Positions 40,871 to 57,512 of a stretch of 64,000 nucleotides of DNA are shown one piece after another. The notes below the pieces were generated by a model. That model had not been told where the DNA came from. It made no database searches and saw only the letters and a list, made by a program, of their open reading frames with translations. Position 1 is the first letter of the stretch. Each line of letters opens with the position of its first letter. The DNA is from the human T2T-CHM13v2.0 reference genome, Homo sapiens. The translations under genes and the position numbers were made by a program. The stretch is from assembly GCF_009914755.1 (NCBI RefSeq), contig NC_060926.1; one strand, 5' to 3'.

Positions 40871-43800
40871 TGTTCGAGGTGCCTTTATAGGACACAGCTA
40901 CTGCCGGCTTCCCAGCCAGACTGAGAGCTCAGGGTGTAGGCAGCGCCTCCTTCCTGCATTCCTAGCTCCAGTGCTGTTCAGCTTCAGTGGAACCTGGTGA
41001 GCACCGCTCTCAGCAGGCTGAGCTTCCAAGGGCTCTACGGCCACATAGGGCCTTCCCTGTACTCACAGAGACTAGCAGGGAGCTCTTCTTCAGCCACTCG
41101 TGCAGCCTGGACACCCCACCCCCTGTGAACCCTCTCCCATGTGGAAGCTAGTAGTTACCAGAAGGAAAGGAAAAACAGTCACAGAGCATGCACTGCGCAT
41201 TCTAGGGCACAGTTCAGGGAAATTGGGCCCATTTATGACTCTTAAATTCATACGTGCCTATTTCAGTGCAAATATCTCAAGGAACTTAAGTTCATACGAA
41301 GGTTCTCTGCGTTACAGATGGGAAATGAATCCAAATGTTCTTTCTGGGCTAAGCTGGTTAGAAAAACATCAGCCACGTCGAGAGAGCACCTCTGTCCTTG
41401 GTGACCAGCTGGGCTTTGCGATCCCTGGTAGGGCCAAGCCAACATGCAGGAGGGGTGTGGGAAGCACTCCAAGCCCAGTGGATAGCTGGCTACAGCTAAG
41501 TGAAGGGTCCCTGCAGGGAGGCTTCCCAGCGTCCCCAGAAGGCAGGCTGTGAGCTCTTGGCAATCCTCCTAATGTCCCTCTGATACACAGTTAACCTGCT
41601 AACAAAGTAGTTCTTGGGTGTGAATATTGGGGATCCTCCATATTTTTTGCTCTTGTGGTCCTTTAAAAAATTATGTAATCTGAGCTGAGACAGAAAGATC
41701 TTTCCTGCTTTTGGCTGAAATAGATCAAAAGACTCTTGCTGTAAGAATTGCTTGGTGCTGTCCATTCTGAGTGATGGAACAGTGGGGAGGTGTTGCTAAG
41801 CAACACTGCACATCCTTCCGAAGTCCATCATCTCCTAGCAACAGGCGGTGGGGTGCGACCCCCCTGCTGCGGGAGCCACCACGGGTGCGCTGCCTGATGC
41901 CCATTTCACTCCCCTCTGGTCACAGGCATTCACTCTTGCGACAGCTGGACTTCTTGAGTGCCTACAAATCCCCTTACCAGGAACCAGGGATACAGAAATC
42001 CAAAGTTGAGGTCTCTGCCTTCAGTGGGAGTTCAGCCTGGTTTAGAGCAAGATATAGAAACAAACAAAAAACTGTATCATCTCAACAGTTGACCTCAGAG
42101 TACTTCCTCAGGAAGGCCTTGGCTTTATTTAGGAAAGATCTGGATAAACTTCTGGAGCACGACAATTTGGTTCACGAGGGCACAGCTGTTGTCAGAGACA
42201 GGAATTGGTGGTTGGAGTTACTGAAAGAGAGGGGAAGAGAAGGCAGGACGTGCACAGGTGGCCCAGCTGTGAGAAAACCTGGCTGGAGGACCACTTTCAA
42301 GAGTGATATGGATTTTTAAGTGCTTTGCTTTTAAAAGTACCTCCGGTGACCCATAAATCTTCAGTAAACATTCTGTGGCTCCCAGCAGAATTCTGTTCAC
42401 TGTTACCACGGAAGAAGTGATCAAAGAGAAGGGGCTCTGTTGGGTGCATGCCAGGGCAGAGGTCAAGGAAAAGCCACGGATAGGGACAAAGAACAGCTTG
42501 ACAAAGGCTGAAAGTTGACACAAAGGCGACCTTGAGAACAAAAGCCCCCTGCCCCCAAAATTCAGAGAAACGTTGGGCAGGACACTGACTCCAGTCTGAG
42601 AAGCTGGGTGGTGGGATCTGAATGGGTCCTATCCAGATCTGAAGGGTGGGGAGCACCCACTGACTCCTGGCTGTCTGGTGGCAAAAGTGAGGGGAGGAGC
42701 TTCCAGTTCTACCTGGGAGGCAGGGAAAGGTGCCCAGAGGAGGTGATGCCAAGCAAACTCCCACAGGAGGAGACAGGAGGAGGTGCTCATGAGAGGGCTC
42801 CAGCCAAGCAAAGGGAGCAAGGGCCCATCTGCCCATCGGGTGTCAAACCTCTGAACATGGAGAAGTTGTCATTTAGTGAGGTGTGGGGCAAAGGTGGAAA
42901 ACCTCAGACATGACACCCCAGCTTCGGTAAAAGACTACATTTTTTTCTCAGATTCAAATCTCACACCAGGATGGCCCTGTCTACCTTCGAAAGTGGTGCC
43001 GTATCCAGAAATAGATGATGGCTGGATGGATAAACAGACACCAAAGAGAAACCCATTACCCTCTCTCAAGAAGATTGTCTAAGAGCGTATTCTCAGAGCA
43101 GCCTCTGATGCTGGGCATGGCAGAGCTCACAGAAGGACTGAACTTTTTAAAATTCACACTGTGCTATCTGGCTTGCTGAGTCAGTTTGCAAAGCACTTGC
43201 GTTGTTAGTATCTGGCTTACCTCCTTATTTCAGGGAGAAAGTTTCCCGGCCTGTGGTGGCTGCCCTGAGGCAGTCTGCCAGCTTCCCTGTGTCTGCTCTG
43301 CCTCAGTCATCTCAGGGTGCAGGCAAAGCCGGCCCTTCTACCTGGCAGTGCTGAACTAGGAAAAAGTTTGCTCAAAAACACTGAACAGCCTGCCCCGGGG
43401 ATGGGTGCATTCAATGTGTCTGCGCTGTCAGATACATCTGGCTTCTGCATTCAGGACAATTACAGGGCACTTTGCAAAATTACTTACTGAGACGGAGGGC
43501 CCGAGAGCACTTCTGTTGTGACAGTGGAGACGGCCACTCAGAAAGGCTGCTCTTTAAAGGACGATGGAGGTGCTAACGGAGAGCCTGGTTCCCAGGCTCA
43601 CCCACACCTTCCAGGGCATGTGGGTGGACGTGGAAGTCAGTAAAAAGCAAGGGCTTCTCCCAGTGCAGGGCCTGGAAGAAGGAAGGGCATGGGGGCGGTC
43701 TGGCTCTGGTCCTAACAGCTGGTCGGGAAAGGCTTCTCATGAGCACTTCACACACAAAGTGAGACTGATGGATGTTCTGAGGAGCCACCTTGCATGCCGG

Positions 43801-44399
43801 TGTCTGTTGAAGGAATGAACGTGTGGACAGCGCAGGTGCATAGATCCAGTCTTCCTCACTGGCTGTGGTGATCTCACTGGTCCACATGCCCCCTCTGTTC
43901 TTATAGGAACCAAACAGTCCATTTCGAGGTGGAACCTCACAACAGCTCTCCGGGCCCTCCCAGACACACCCCGGGACGGGGAGGGGAGTATGCTGTAGGG
44001 CCAGGGTCACCTGGGGTTATTTTGTTCCACGGTTGTCAAACAGACCGACCCTCAGCAGAGAGGCAGGGCGAGGAAGGCAAAAAAAGAGGGAGACCTGGGC
44101 TGCAACTGAGGTTGCCACGGTTTCCATCTCTGCTCAGGGTCTTGCCTCTGCAGATTTGATTCAGAAAGTGGAGCTGTTAGTATACCAAGAAGGAAGGTGT
44201 CTGTGGGAAATTAATTCACACTCACAGGGCTTGTAAGCCAGAAGGCTGGCTTCCTTGTTGATTGTTGGAGGCATAAAGATGACCTTGCCTGTGAGCCTGG
44301 CCTGAGCACTTTGCCAAGCTGTCCTTCAAGTATAAAGGTGACAGACAAACATTCTCCAAGATCAGAGGGAGACAGCACCCAGGGCCCTTTAAAAATGTA

Positions 44400-45275
<876 letters not shown>

Positions 45276-45835
45276 TAGTATTTTTCGTAATGAGGAAATA
45301 TTTCTCTGAAATTCAGCAATTTCTTTCATTTTACTTCAGTTTCTTTTGTGTGGCCAGGGCCGGGGGTGGGAGTTGTTAAATTTAAGCACAATTATCCTCA
45401 ATATTTATTGTTTAAAATAGAACGTAGGCACTAATAATAAAATAAGAAGCTATCATCAAGAAACAACATTAAAGGAGTTCAGGGAGAAGCCAATAGGATG
45501 TGAAAGGTATTTGCAACATAATCTTAACAAATCAGTGAGAAAAAGGCAAACCTACCCAGTAGAAATAAATTGTGTGAAAGATTTGAACAGGCACTTCACA
45601 AAACAGATAGTAGCTGAATTGGCCAATAAATACAAGGAAAGGTGCTCAACCTCATTAGTCGTCAAAGAAATGCATATTAAAACCACAAGAAGCTATGGCA
45701 TCATACTCAGAATAGCCAAAATGAAGGGAAAAAACCCCTGAAATATCAAGTGTAGACAGTGGACATCCCTGGAGCTCTCATGCATTGTTGGTAACAGGGT
45801 AAATGGGTACAGCTATCTGGGAAAACAGGCCCTGA

Positions 45836-45968
45836 CCTCCCCTTCCCCTTCCCTTTCCCTTTCCCCCCTCCCCTTCCTCTCTCTTTACTCTTCCTTCCTT
45901 CCTTCCTTCCTTCCTTCCTTCCTTCCTTCCTTCCTTCCTTCCTTCCTTCCTTTTGTCCTTTCTTTCTT
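45836..45968. repeat. Polypyrimidine / (TTCC)n microsatellite (tail of an antisense Alu fragment at 45970-46072)
   Basis: About 15 TTCC units at 45891-45952 within an almost pure pyrimidine tract. Confidence 0.9.
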
Positions 45969-46452
45969 TAGGATCTCACAATGTTGTCCAGGCTAATCTG
46001 GGCTCAAGCTATCCTCTTGCCTCAGCCTCCCAAGTGACTGGAACTACAGGCATATGGCATCACACCAGGCTGTTTGGCCTTTTCTGATTAAAGTTGAGTG
46101 TATACATTCTTCATGACCCAAAAATTCTACTCCTGGGTAACAATTCTATTAGAGTAATATCTAACAAATATATACATATGTATACCAAAACATGGACAGG
46201 AATATGCATAGCAGCATTATTTAGAAAAGCCCCAAACTGAAATAATCCAAATACTCACTGGCAGTTGAATGCATAAACTGTGGCGAAAATGGAATAGTCA
46301 TAGCAACCAAAATGAATGGGTATGTGAAATGTTATCAATAATTCTCACAAAGACAATTTTGAGCCAAAGAAGCCAGACAGAATAATACTTAATTCCTTTT
46401 ATAAAAAGTGAAAATGAAAAGATGAAAGGAATCTATGCTTTTAGAAGTCTGG

Positions 46453-46803
<351 letters not shown>

Positions 46804-46905
46804 TTAGGGGAAGAAGGAGGGAATCATGATTAGGAGAACTTTTGCCTTGTCGAGGACAGAAGGGAGGCTTTTGGGATGCAGGTAATGTTCTATTGACCCA
46901 AGTGA

Positions 46906-47575
<670 letters not shown>

Positions 47576-47934
47576 TTTTTTAGGTTTTTACTATTTATTT
47601 ATGACAAATATTCCACATCCATGATTCTCTTCAGTCAAAAGTTCTTTAATACAATCCGTCGGTCTTGGCCAATTGGAGAATGCAGTCATGTGACTTACCC
47701 ATCCTGCGAATGGCCCTGCAGATAGCATAGGTTTTAAACTGGTGGTTAAACCTGCCTGCTACCTTGTCAACCTTGGCCCCGTTCATCTGGATGGATTTGT
47801 GGTCCTTGGCATCGATGATGCAGTTGCTATTGGACCATTTCCATGGCATGTACAGGCCTATGAACTCACCAGTGTCATTCTGCATCTCAAAGCCGCACCT
47901 GCTGCCGCCACACTGCGCGCGAGCAGAGAAAGCC
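47576..47934 (-). pseudogene. RPS21: Processed pseudogene of ribosomal protein S21
   Basis: ATG at 47885: [79 protein letters not shown]. 5' pyrimidine tract CTTTCTCT; AATAAA at 47594-47599; no introns; TSD ATTTTG(CA/TG)ATAATT(G/A)TT at 46925-46941 and 47935-47951. Confidence 0.93.
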
Positions 47935-48113
47935 ATTTTGTGATAATTATTGCATTTGCAATTTTAATTTGTTCCCAAGCTGGTAGTATATATGTATGCT
48001 GTACTTCCATAAAAGTTTTTTGATAATAAGGTTAAAATTAAAATTTAAAAGTAGAATTGTGATATCTCATTTTGGTATAATTATTCTTTCTACGTGTGGG
48101 TAAGCATTGAGAG

Positions 48114-49305
<1,192 letters not shown>

Positions 49306-50614
49306 TATTATTTGAATTTCTATAATGTATGCATCATTTCTACAGAAATCGAGCGATGACATTTTGCTACAAAGTAAAAAGACCTTGTTCAATGGCAAGG
49401 ATGGGTGAAAACCAAGAGGGCATTAGAAGAGGAATAAATGTAATTAGGACTGCCCAGCAACAGGGCGGAGCAGTGTGCTTTACAAAGGAGTGATCCTCTG
49501 GCTTTGGAAGTATCCCGGCAGAAGAGGATGAAGGGCTGTCTCTGCAGAGATTTCACCCTGTGCCTCCAGCCCTGATTCCATGCGTCTGATGCCATGACCG
49601 TGCTGCAGTTGGCTACTGTTCAGCGACATTTGGGAGGCATTGGTCTCATTAGAGCCTTTTGCTCAAAGCCAACTGGAGGAGGGGTTATTTCAGGAAATGA
49701 TTCCTAGACACATCTGTTCTCTTTGCTGATGTGTGGATTCTTGTTAGCCTCAAACACAGAGGCTGTTGCCTTTAATTTGGGTTTTCTATCATCCTTTGTG
49801 GCCTATCCCCATTATTCCTTGAGCACTTTTTACTTTCTGGTACAAGATGCTCCAAGCTTATATTTTCTGTGCTTCAGGCCTGGAATCAGCCATTTTTCTT
49901 AGAAAACCTGATTCCTTTTGAGGAGAGAATAATATCTAAAAACCAAGGTCTTGGGTGCTCACTGTGATAGGTGAGTGTATGGCTGCAGGGGTTTTCATTG
50001 CTCACAGGCTTCCTCAGTGAACAGAGCAGGGCAATACATGGGTAAACATAAACACGCATACCTGCATGCATACATTCATCTATATTTCCATATTAAAATA
50101 TGTTGAAAACCATGGGTTCTCACCAATATTTTCAATTCTAATCCATTTTCACAGTTTTTATTCTAGTTGTTCCCTTTAGTACAGTTGATCCTTAATGCAG
50201 GGACTAGGGGCGCTATCTCCACAGCTGATAATCCACATAAAATTTTGTAGCCACTTCCTGTTGCTGTTGCAGTGAGCTCAAGTGTCATATCACCTAAAGT
50301 GCTATGTGATGTGTATCCAGGGTCTATGCTACCTGCTTTATAGGGATTATCTCATTTTGGAAATACTTCCATTCAAAACGGGTTTAACTAAAAGTATTTT
50401 GATATTTGAAGCTGCAGTTGGCTGAAAAACCCATTTATATGGAAAAACTAATTCCCTACGACGGATTCAGTTAAATGATGACTTTTATGTACTCTGTCTT
50501 CTTACTCTCTCCATCATTGTGTGTGTGTGTAAGTATATATGTATATAAAGGAAAACTTCTTTTACATATAAATATTCTATATATATGATACAAATATGTT
50601 CTCTATATTTTTTA

Positions 50615-51300
<686 letters not shown>

Positions 51301-52159
51301 AATGTATATATACACAAGCTAGACAGCTGAGGCTAATTCTTCTTCTGAACCAGTCTCTGTCAATTCCCCATTCCCCATTCTCTTTAGTCTTGCAGTTGGT
51401 TTATGTCTTGTATATACTTCAAGGGCCACTGGAGCCGAGCCTCCTTGGGGTCACCTTCCTCAACTGCCCTGGTTCCTAGTCTTCCCCTTCTCTGAGCTCC
51501 TGGAGCTCTCTATTCCTTTGCAGTTCATTCAGTACACATCAGTGCAACCTGGTTTTGCCATTCATCATTTCATGTGTATAGAGGCAGCCACTGATGCTAG
51601 TGCCAGATCCTTTGAACGATCAGCACTTAGTGCTCTGAATCCCTCCCAGCTCCTGGGATGCTTGCTACTGTTGAAGATAATTACTCAAGTCACTGTATGT
51701 CATTCATTCTTCCATCCTCTGAGAGCTGCAATTTTCTCATCTGTTATGTTATATGTTGTATGTTATATGTTATGTTATAATCATAACAGAGATTATATCA
51801 TCTACCTCATCGGTGGTGTTTTAGCCATTAACGAGAATAAGTTGTGAAAAAAGTTTTTTAATTTCAGCATCGCTGTATCAGTGTTATTTATTTGTGATGC
51901 ATTTTAAACAGGACTCAATGTACTCAAATGTGGTTTTCACACAGCTTTTTGGGAACATTCCTCCAGTGGATGGTTAGGAGGGAATCTGTCCAGCTTGGGC
52001 CTTGGGCAGGGCCCCACCTGCTGCCACTGGACTTGTAGAACTAACACTAGAGACAGCCCTTTCTGGGTACACTTGCTTGATTGTCTGACTCAAGCTGGGG
52101 TACTCAGATTTTCTCCCTTAAATTTAGGATTGAGCTACTGAAATGTTAATTATTCTTTG

Positions 52160-52522
52160 CTGTAGGTGGAATGTTTGTGTCTTCCCAAAATACATAAGTT
52201 GAAACCAAATCCCCAATGTGATGGTATTAGGAGGTGGGACATTTGGGAGATGATTAGGTCATGAGGGTGGAGCCCTCATGAATGGGATTAGTTTCTTTAC
52301 AAAAGAGACCTCAGACAGCTCCCTTGTCCTGTCTGCCTTGAGGACACTGTGAGAAGATGGTTGTCTATCTATCAGGAGCTGTTTATGAACCTCACAGGAC
52401 ACCTGATCAGCTGGCACCTGGATTTTGGACTTCCAGTCTCCAGAGTCATGAGAAATACATTTCTATTTGTTTCTGAGCCGCCCAGTCTGTGGTATTCTGG
52501 TATAGCAGCCTGAATGGACTAA
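52160..52522 (+). mobile_element. MaLR LTR, MLT1A0-like
   Basis: GAATGTTTGTGTCTTCCCAAAA...GGTCATGAGGGTGGAGCCCTCATGAATGGGATTAG...GCAGCCTGAATGGACTAA. Confidence 0.75.
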
Positions 52523-53120
52523 AAAATTCTCTATTAGGTGCTTGAAGTGGAAAGCAATGTAAACTTTAAGCCATCTTTGGACAAATCTATACCGTAGTAG
52601 AGACAGCAGCTTTGAGAGAGTGAGAGTGAGGTGGATGTTAAATGAACAGCTGGGAGAAGACCCTTCCATAACCCTGTAGAGACGGAGATAACATCCTCAG
52701 TCCCAACTTTCTGTTTCTGGTTCTTGCTTTGCCGGAGCCCCAGCAGTTCATCCTGCTACTAGATTCCAGCAGATGCTATTATTCTATGTGTTACCAAAAT
52801 TTTGCCTAAGCTATTTTGCGTATTTTCTACATATATATGTATTTTTTAACCAAAAGAGCCTCAATGAAGGCAACCGATAATGTTAGGTGCAACTGTTCTG
52901 TATTTTCTGATCAAGCCAGTTATTCTAAACTTGAAAACAATAATAAATTTCAGAGCAGTAGTGTAAGACTATTTTATGAGACAAATACCTTTTTATTACC
53001 AAAATGCCCTAAAGGACCAAAAAAAAAAAAAAAAGTGTCACAATATGTTTTCCCAGAAATTTCTTTTCTGAGTTTGAAATGTCAAGGGAGTGTATTTTGT
53101 TTTTCAAAACATACTTCTGC

Positions 53121-53155
53121 ATTTTATAAGCACTAGGGATTAGTGCTTATAAAAT
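53121..53155. repeat. Perfect 15-bp inverted repeat with a 5-nt spacer
   Basis: ATTTTATAAGCACTA-GGGAT-TAGTGCTTATAAAAT. Confidence 0.95.
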
Positions 53156-53417
53156 ACAGCAATGCAAGCCTGTTCCAAGAAGTGGCTGGGGCCTACGGCA
53201 AGTCACACTCTGCTTTTCCATGTCAAAGTCCAAAATCTGCTTTTAGTTTTCATGCTCTTGACCTTTCTATAATCCTTGCCACTATCTATTAATTGCTTTC
53301 ATTCATTTACTTATTCATTCATTCATTTATTCATTCATTCATATGGGCTACCCTCACATGAAAATCTTTTCATTCAAACCAAAGGTCTTTTTTTCCATTA
53401 CCAGACTTTTTTCTTCC

Positions 53418-53890
53418 TTTTTATATTGACCCATAATATTGTACATATTTATTGAGCGCCTGTGATATTTTGATACATGCATATAATATGTAATTATACA
53501 TGCATATACTATGTAATTTGTAATGACCAAATCAGGATCTTCATCACGTCAATCATTTATCAAATGTATTGTGAATATTTCACATTTTCTCTTCTAGCTA
53601 TTTTGAAATATACAATAAATTATTGTTAACTATAGTCACATTAAAGTGATTATAGTTGTAGTAAATTAGTTCTATTATTCTACTAAACAATATAACTTAT
53701 TTTTCTATCTAAATGTGTGTATCTTTTAACCAACCTGTCTTTGTCCCCACTCCCCCACCTGCCCAGCCTCTGGTAACCACCATTCCACTGTCTACCTCCA
53801 TGAGACCCGCTGTTTTAGTGCCCACCTATGAATGAAAACATGTGATATTTGTCTTTCTGTGCCTGGCTTATTTCACTTAACATAATGCTA
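53418..53890 (-). mobile_element. L1MA-like 3' end fragment
   Basis: CTAGCTATTTTGAAATATACAATAAATTATTGTTAACTATAGTCAC...GTGCCTGGCTTATTTCACTTAACATAATG. Confidence 0.75.
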
Positions 53891-54534
53891 AATGGTCTTT
53901 TTATCTCAATGGATTCTCCTTTGCTGAATTCTTAAATGTAGGTTTTCTTCCTTTTTTTAAATTCTCTTTTTCTCCCTGGTCCTCTCCTAGGAGAAGGGAA
54001 CAAATCACGTTGTTCTCATGCTCAGGAATTTTAAAATGACTCATTGTAGCCTACAAGTAGAAATCTAAACTGTTTGCCATGGAATTCAAGGCCCCTCAAG
54101 GTCTTCAGCATGGGGTTTTCTACTTTCCAACCACATTTTCTACTCCACATACCCTCTGCCCCTCCACGTTGGGTTGCGTGCCTGCCCGGAGCCTGCCCCT
54201 ATTGTCATTTCACACCTTCTCTTGTCCTCTCTTGTCTTCCTGGATTGGCTTTCCCCTTCTCTTTGCTCATGACAATATTCTGGGAAACCTGGTCCTCTCT
54301 GTTGGATTGAATGGTATTCCTTGTGGCCTTCCCCAATTCCATGCTTGCACTACAAACGTGGTCTTTGTTTCTGTCTGCCTCATATTAGAGCTGCTTGTCA
54401 CTGCCACCTTCCTTGTTAGGTTGTTAGTTCTTACTTGGGAAAAGGGGTACCTCTTATTTTTATCCTCCCCTCATCTGCCCATTGCTTTGTAAGTAACAGG
54501 TGTTCAATACACAGTTACTGAATGTTGAGGATGT

Positions 54535-54765
54535 TGAGTGTAGTGGTTAAGAGAACTGGACCCTGAAATCAGACTACGAAGGATTGAAAGCCAGCTCTAT
54601 TCTGCACTCAGTGTGCTATCTCAAAAGCTATGCATCTGTGAGATGAGAATAATAATAAATCAATAACTGATGTCCTAGGCTGTTGGGGGATTAAATGAGA
54701 TAATAGAAGATGTGGTACAGCGCCTGACACATAAACAATGCTCTGTGTTTGCTCTTATTATAAAT
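54535..54765 (+). mobile_element. MIR
   Basis: GTGTAGTGGTTAAGAG...CATCTGTGAGATGAGAATAATAATA...GGATTAAATGAGATAAT core. Confidence 0.7.
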
Positions 54766-54805
54766 TAACCTAAGTGCTTAGAGCGTCCTTAAAAACTAAG
54801 TTCCG

Positions 54806-55195
54806 GCCGGGCGTGGTGGCTCATGCCTGTAATCCCAACACTTTTGGAGGCTGAGGCCAGCAGATCATGAGGTCAGGAGATTGGGAACAGCCTGGCCAAC
54901 ATTTTGAAACCCCGTCTCTACTAAAAATACAAAAAAAAAAAAAAAATTAGCGGGGCGTGGTGGTACGCACCTGTAGTCCTGGCTACTCGTGAGGCTGAGG
55001 CAGGGGAATCGCTTGAACCTGGGAGGTGGAGATTGGGAGGCGAAGATTGCAGTGAGCCAAAATCACGCCACTGCACTCCAGCCTGGTGACAAAGCGAGAC
55101 TCCATCTAAAACAAAAACCAAAACCAAAACAAAAACAAAAACAAAAACCAAACCAAACCAAAACAAAACAAACGACAAACAAAAGAGCAAAAAAA
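54806..55195 (+). mobile_element. AluSc-like with a 14-bp internal tandem duplication and a long (AAAAC/AAACC)n tail
   Basis: GGGAGGTGGAGATT-GGGAGGCGAAGATT at 55021-55048. Confidence 0.85.
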
Positions 55196-55404
55196 CCACT
55201 AAGTCACAAGGTATTTGTCCCCAGGGGAGTTTACATAGAGGGGAAGGGTATTTTCTATTTCTTTTACCTTGCAGAGGGCTTGGGTGCTTATAGACTGATT
55301 TCCACCTGTCATATATGCAGTTTTATTTTTTCAGGATCTGTCTATACCAGCTATTTCTGTCCTGCTCATTTCCTCCTTGAGTCAGAGCCCATCCATTATT
55401 AGTT

Positions 55405-55598
55405 ACAGATGTTCTTAAACTTGAATGAGCAGCAGGATTCCTTGAGGGTGCGAGGACTGCTAAAGCACAGATGGCTGGGTCCTTCCCCAGAGTTTCTGAC
55501 TCTATAGGTCTGGGCGGGCACTTGAGAATTTGCATTTTGAACAGGTTCCCAATGATACTGGTGCTGCTGATCCAGCGACCCCACTTTGAGAACCACTG
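55405..55598. mobile_element. MER5A (hAT-Charlie)
   Basis: GTTCTTAAACTTGA...GAATTTGCATTTTGAACAGGTTCCC...CACTTTGAGAACCACTG. Confidence 0.75.
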
Positions 55599-56087
55599 CA
55601 CTCTCAGGACCCAGCTCCCCAAACCAACAGCCTTTTTTGTGGTCTTTTAGGGTAGAGTACCCAGTAGAGGAAAGGTCAGCAGATCCTTTGATCCCCAGAC
55701 TTGACTAAATGATTCTGTTAGTAATTTGTAGGTTTTTAACTTGCCAATCTCTAAACTTCTTTAAATTATTCAAGTTGACATCTCAGGTGGAAATATTTCA
55801 ACGTCACATTAGATAGGTGCTGAGTTGAGGATTCTCAGGTAACCATCCTCATTAGCTTGATGCCTGATGTTGCCTCTGTCGGCCAGGTTAGCATAGCCAA
55901 AGCTGTGTCCTCCTGGTGTAGATGTTGGCTGTCCCTACTAGAGTGTGGTCCTTGCTTGGTCGCTGATGTCAGCTCCTCTGCCAGGAAGGAGCTGTCTCTT
56001 TTGCCAGGCAGATTGGCAGGAGAGATGGAACATGAGTCAGGAGAGGCTGGAAGCACAACCCTACACTCTATAAAAAACACGCTCCCA

Positions 56088-56505
56088 GCTGGGCGTGGTG
56101 GCTCACGCCTGTAATCCCAGCACTTTGGGAGGCCAAGGCTGGCAGATCACGAGGTCAGGAGATTGAGACCATTCTGGCTATCACGGTGAAACTCCGTCTC
56201 TACTAAAAATACAAAAAATTAGCCAGGCGTGGTGGCGGGCGCCTGTAGTCCCAGCTACTCGGGAGGCTGAGGCAGGAGAATGGCGTGAACCCGGGAGGTG
56301 GATCTTGCAGTGAGCCAGATCGTGCCACTGCACTCCAGCCTGGGCGACAGAGCAAGACTTTGTCTCAAAAAAAAAAAAAAAACACGCTCCCAGAGATCGC
56401 GCCATTGTATTCCAGCCTGGGTGACACAGTGAGACCCCATCTCAAAAAATAAATTAAATAAATAAATAAATAAATAAATATATAAATAAATAAATAAAAA
56501 TAAAA
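56088..56505 (+). mobile_element. AluY (56088-56382) followed by a short Alu 3' fragment with a (TAAA)n tail
   Basis: TSD AAAAACACGCTCCCA on both sides of the AluY. Confidence 0.85.
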
Positions 56506-56790
56506 CATTCCCTCTGGGATGGACACAGCACCCCTGAACATTGCCAGTCTTTTGGTATACAGGTGCCTGCCTTTTGGGGTACAGGACTTCTTAAACCTGA
56601 GATTATTTTCATAGTATGTGCATGGGGTGTGAGAGGGAGCTGGGAGCAGACATTAGCTTGTTCAATCATCACAACAACTTCTGTGAAAGTATTTACTACT
56701 GTCTTCATCGCATAGATGAGGAAACTGGGGCCTGTTGAGAAGATGTTCACTAACATCTCCAGGATCTCACAGTGTGTTGGTGTCGGCCTG

Positions 56791-57512
<722 letters not shown>

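Noticed and set aside
41771-42836. 182-aa and 179-aa ORFs in unique sequence
   Set aside because: No recognisable homology or convincing exon structure; PhyloCSF or BLAST support would be needed.
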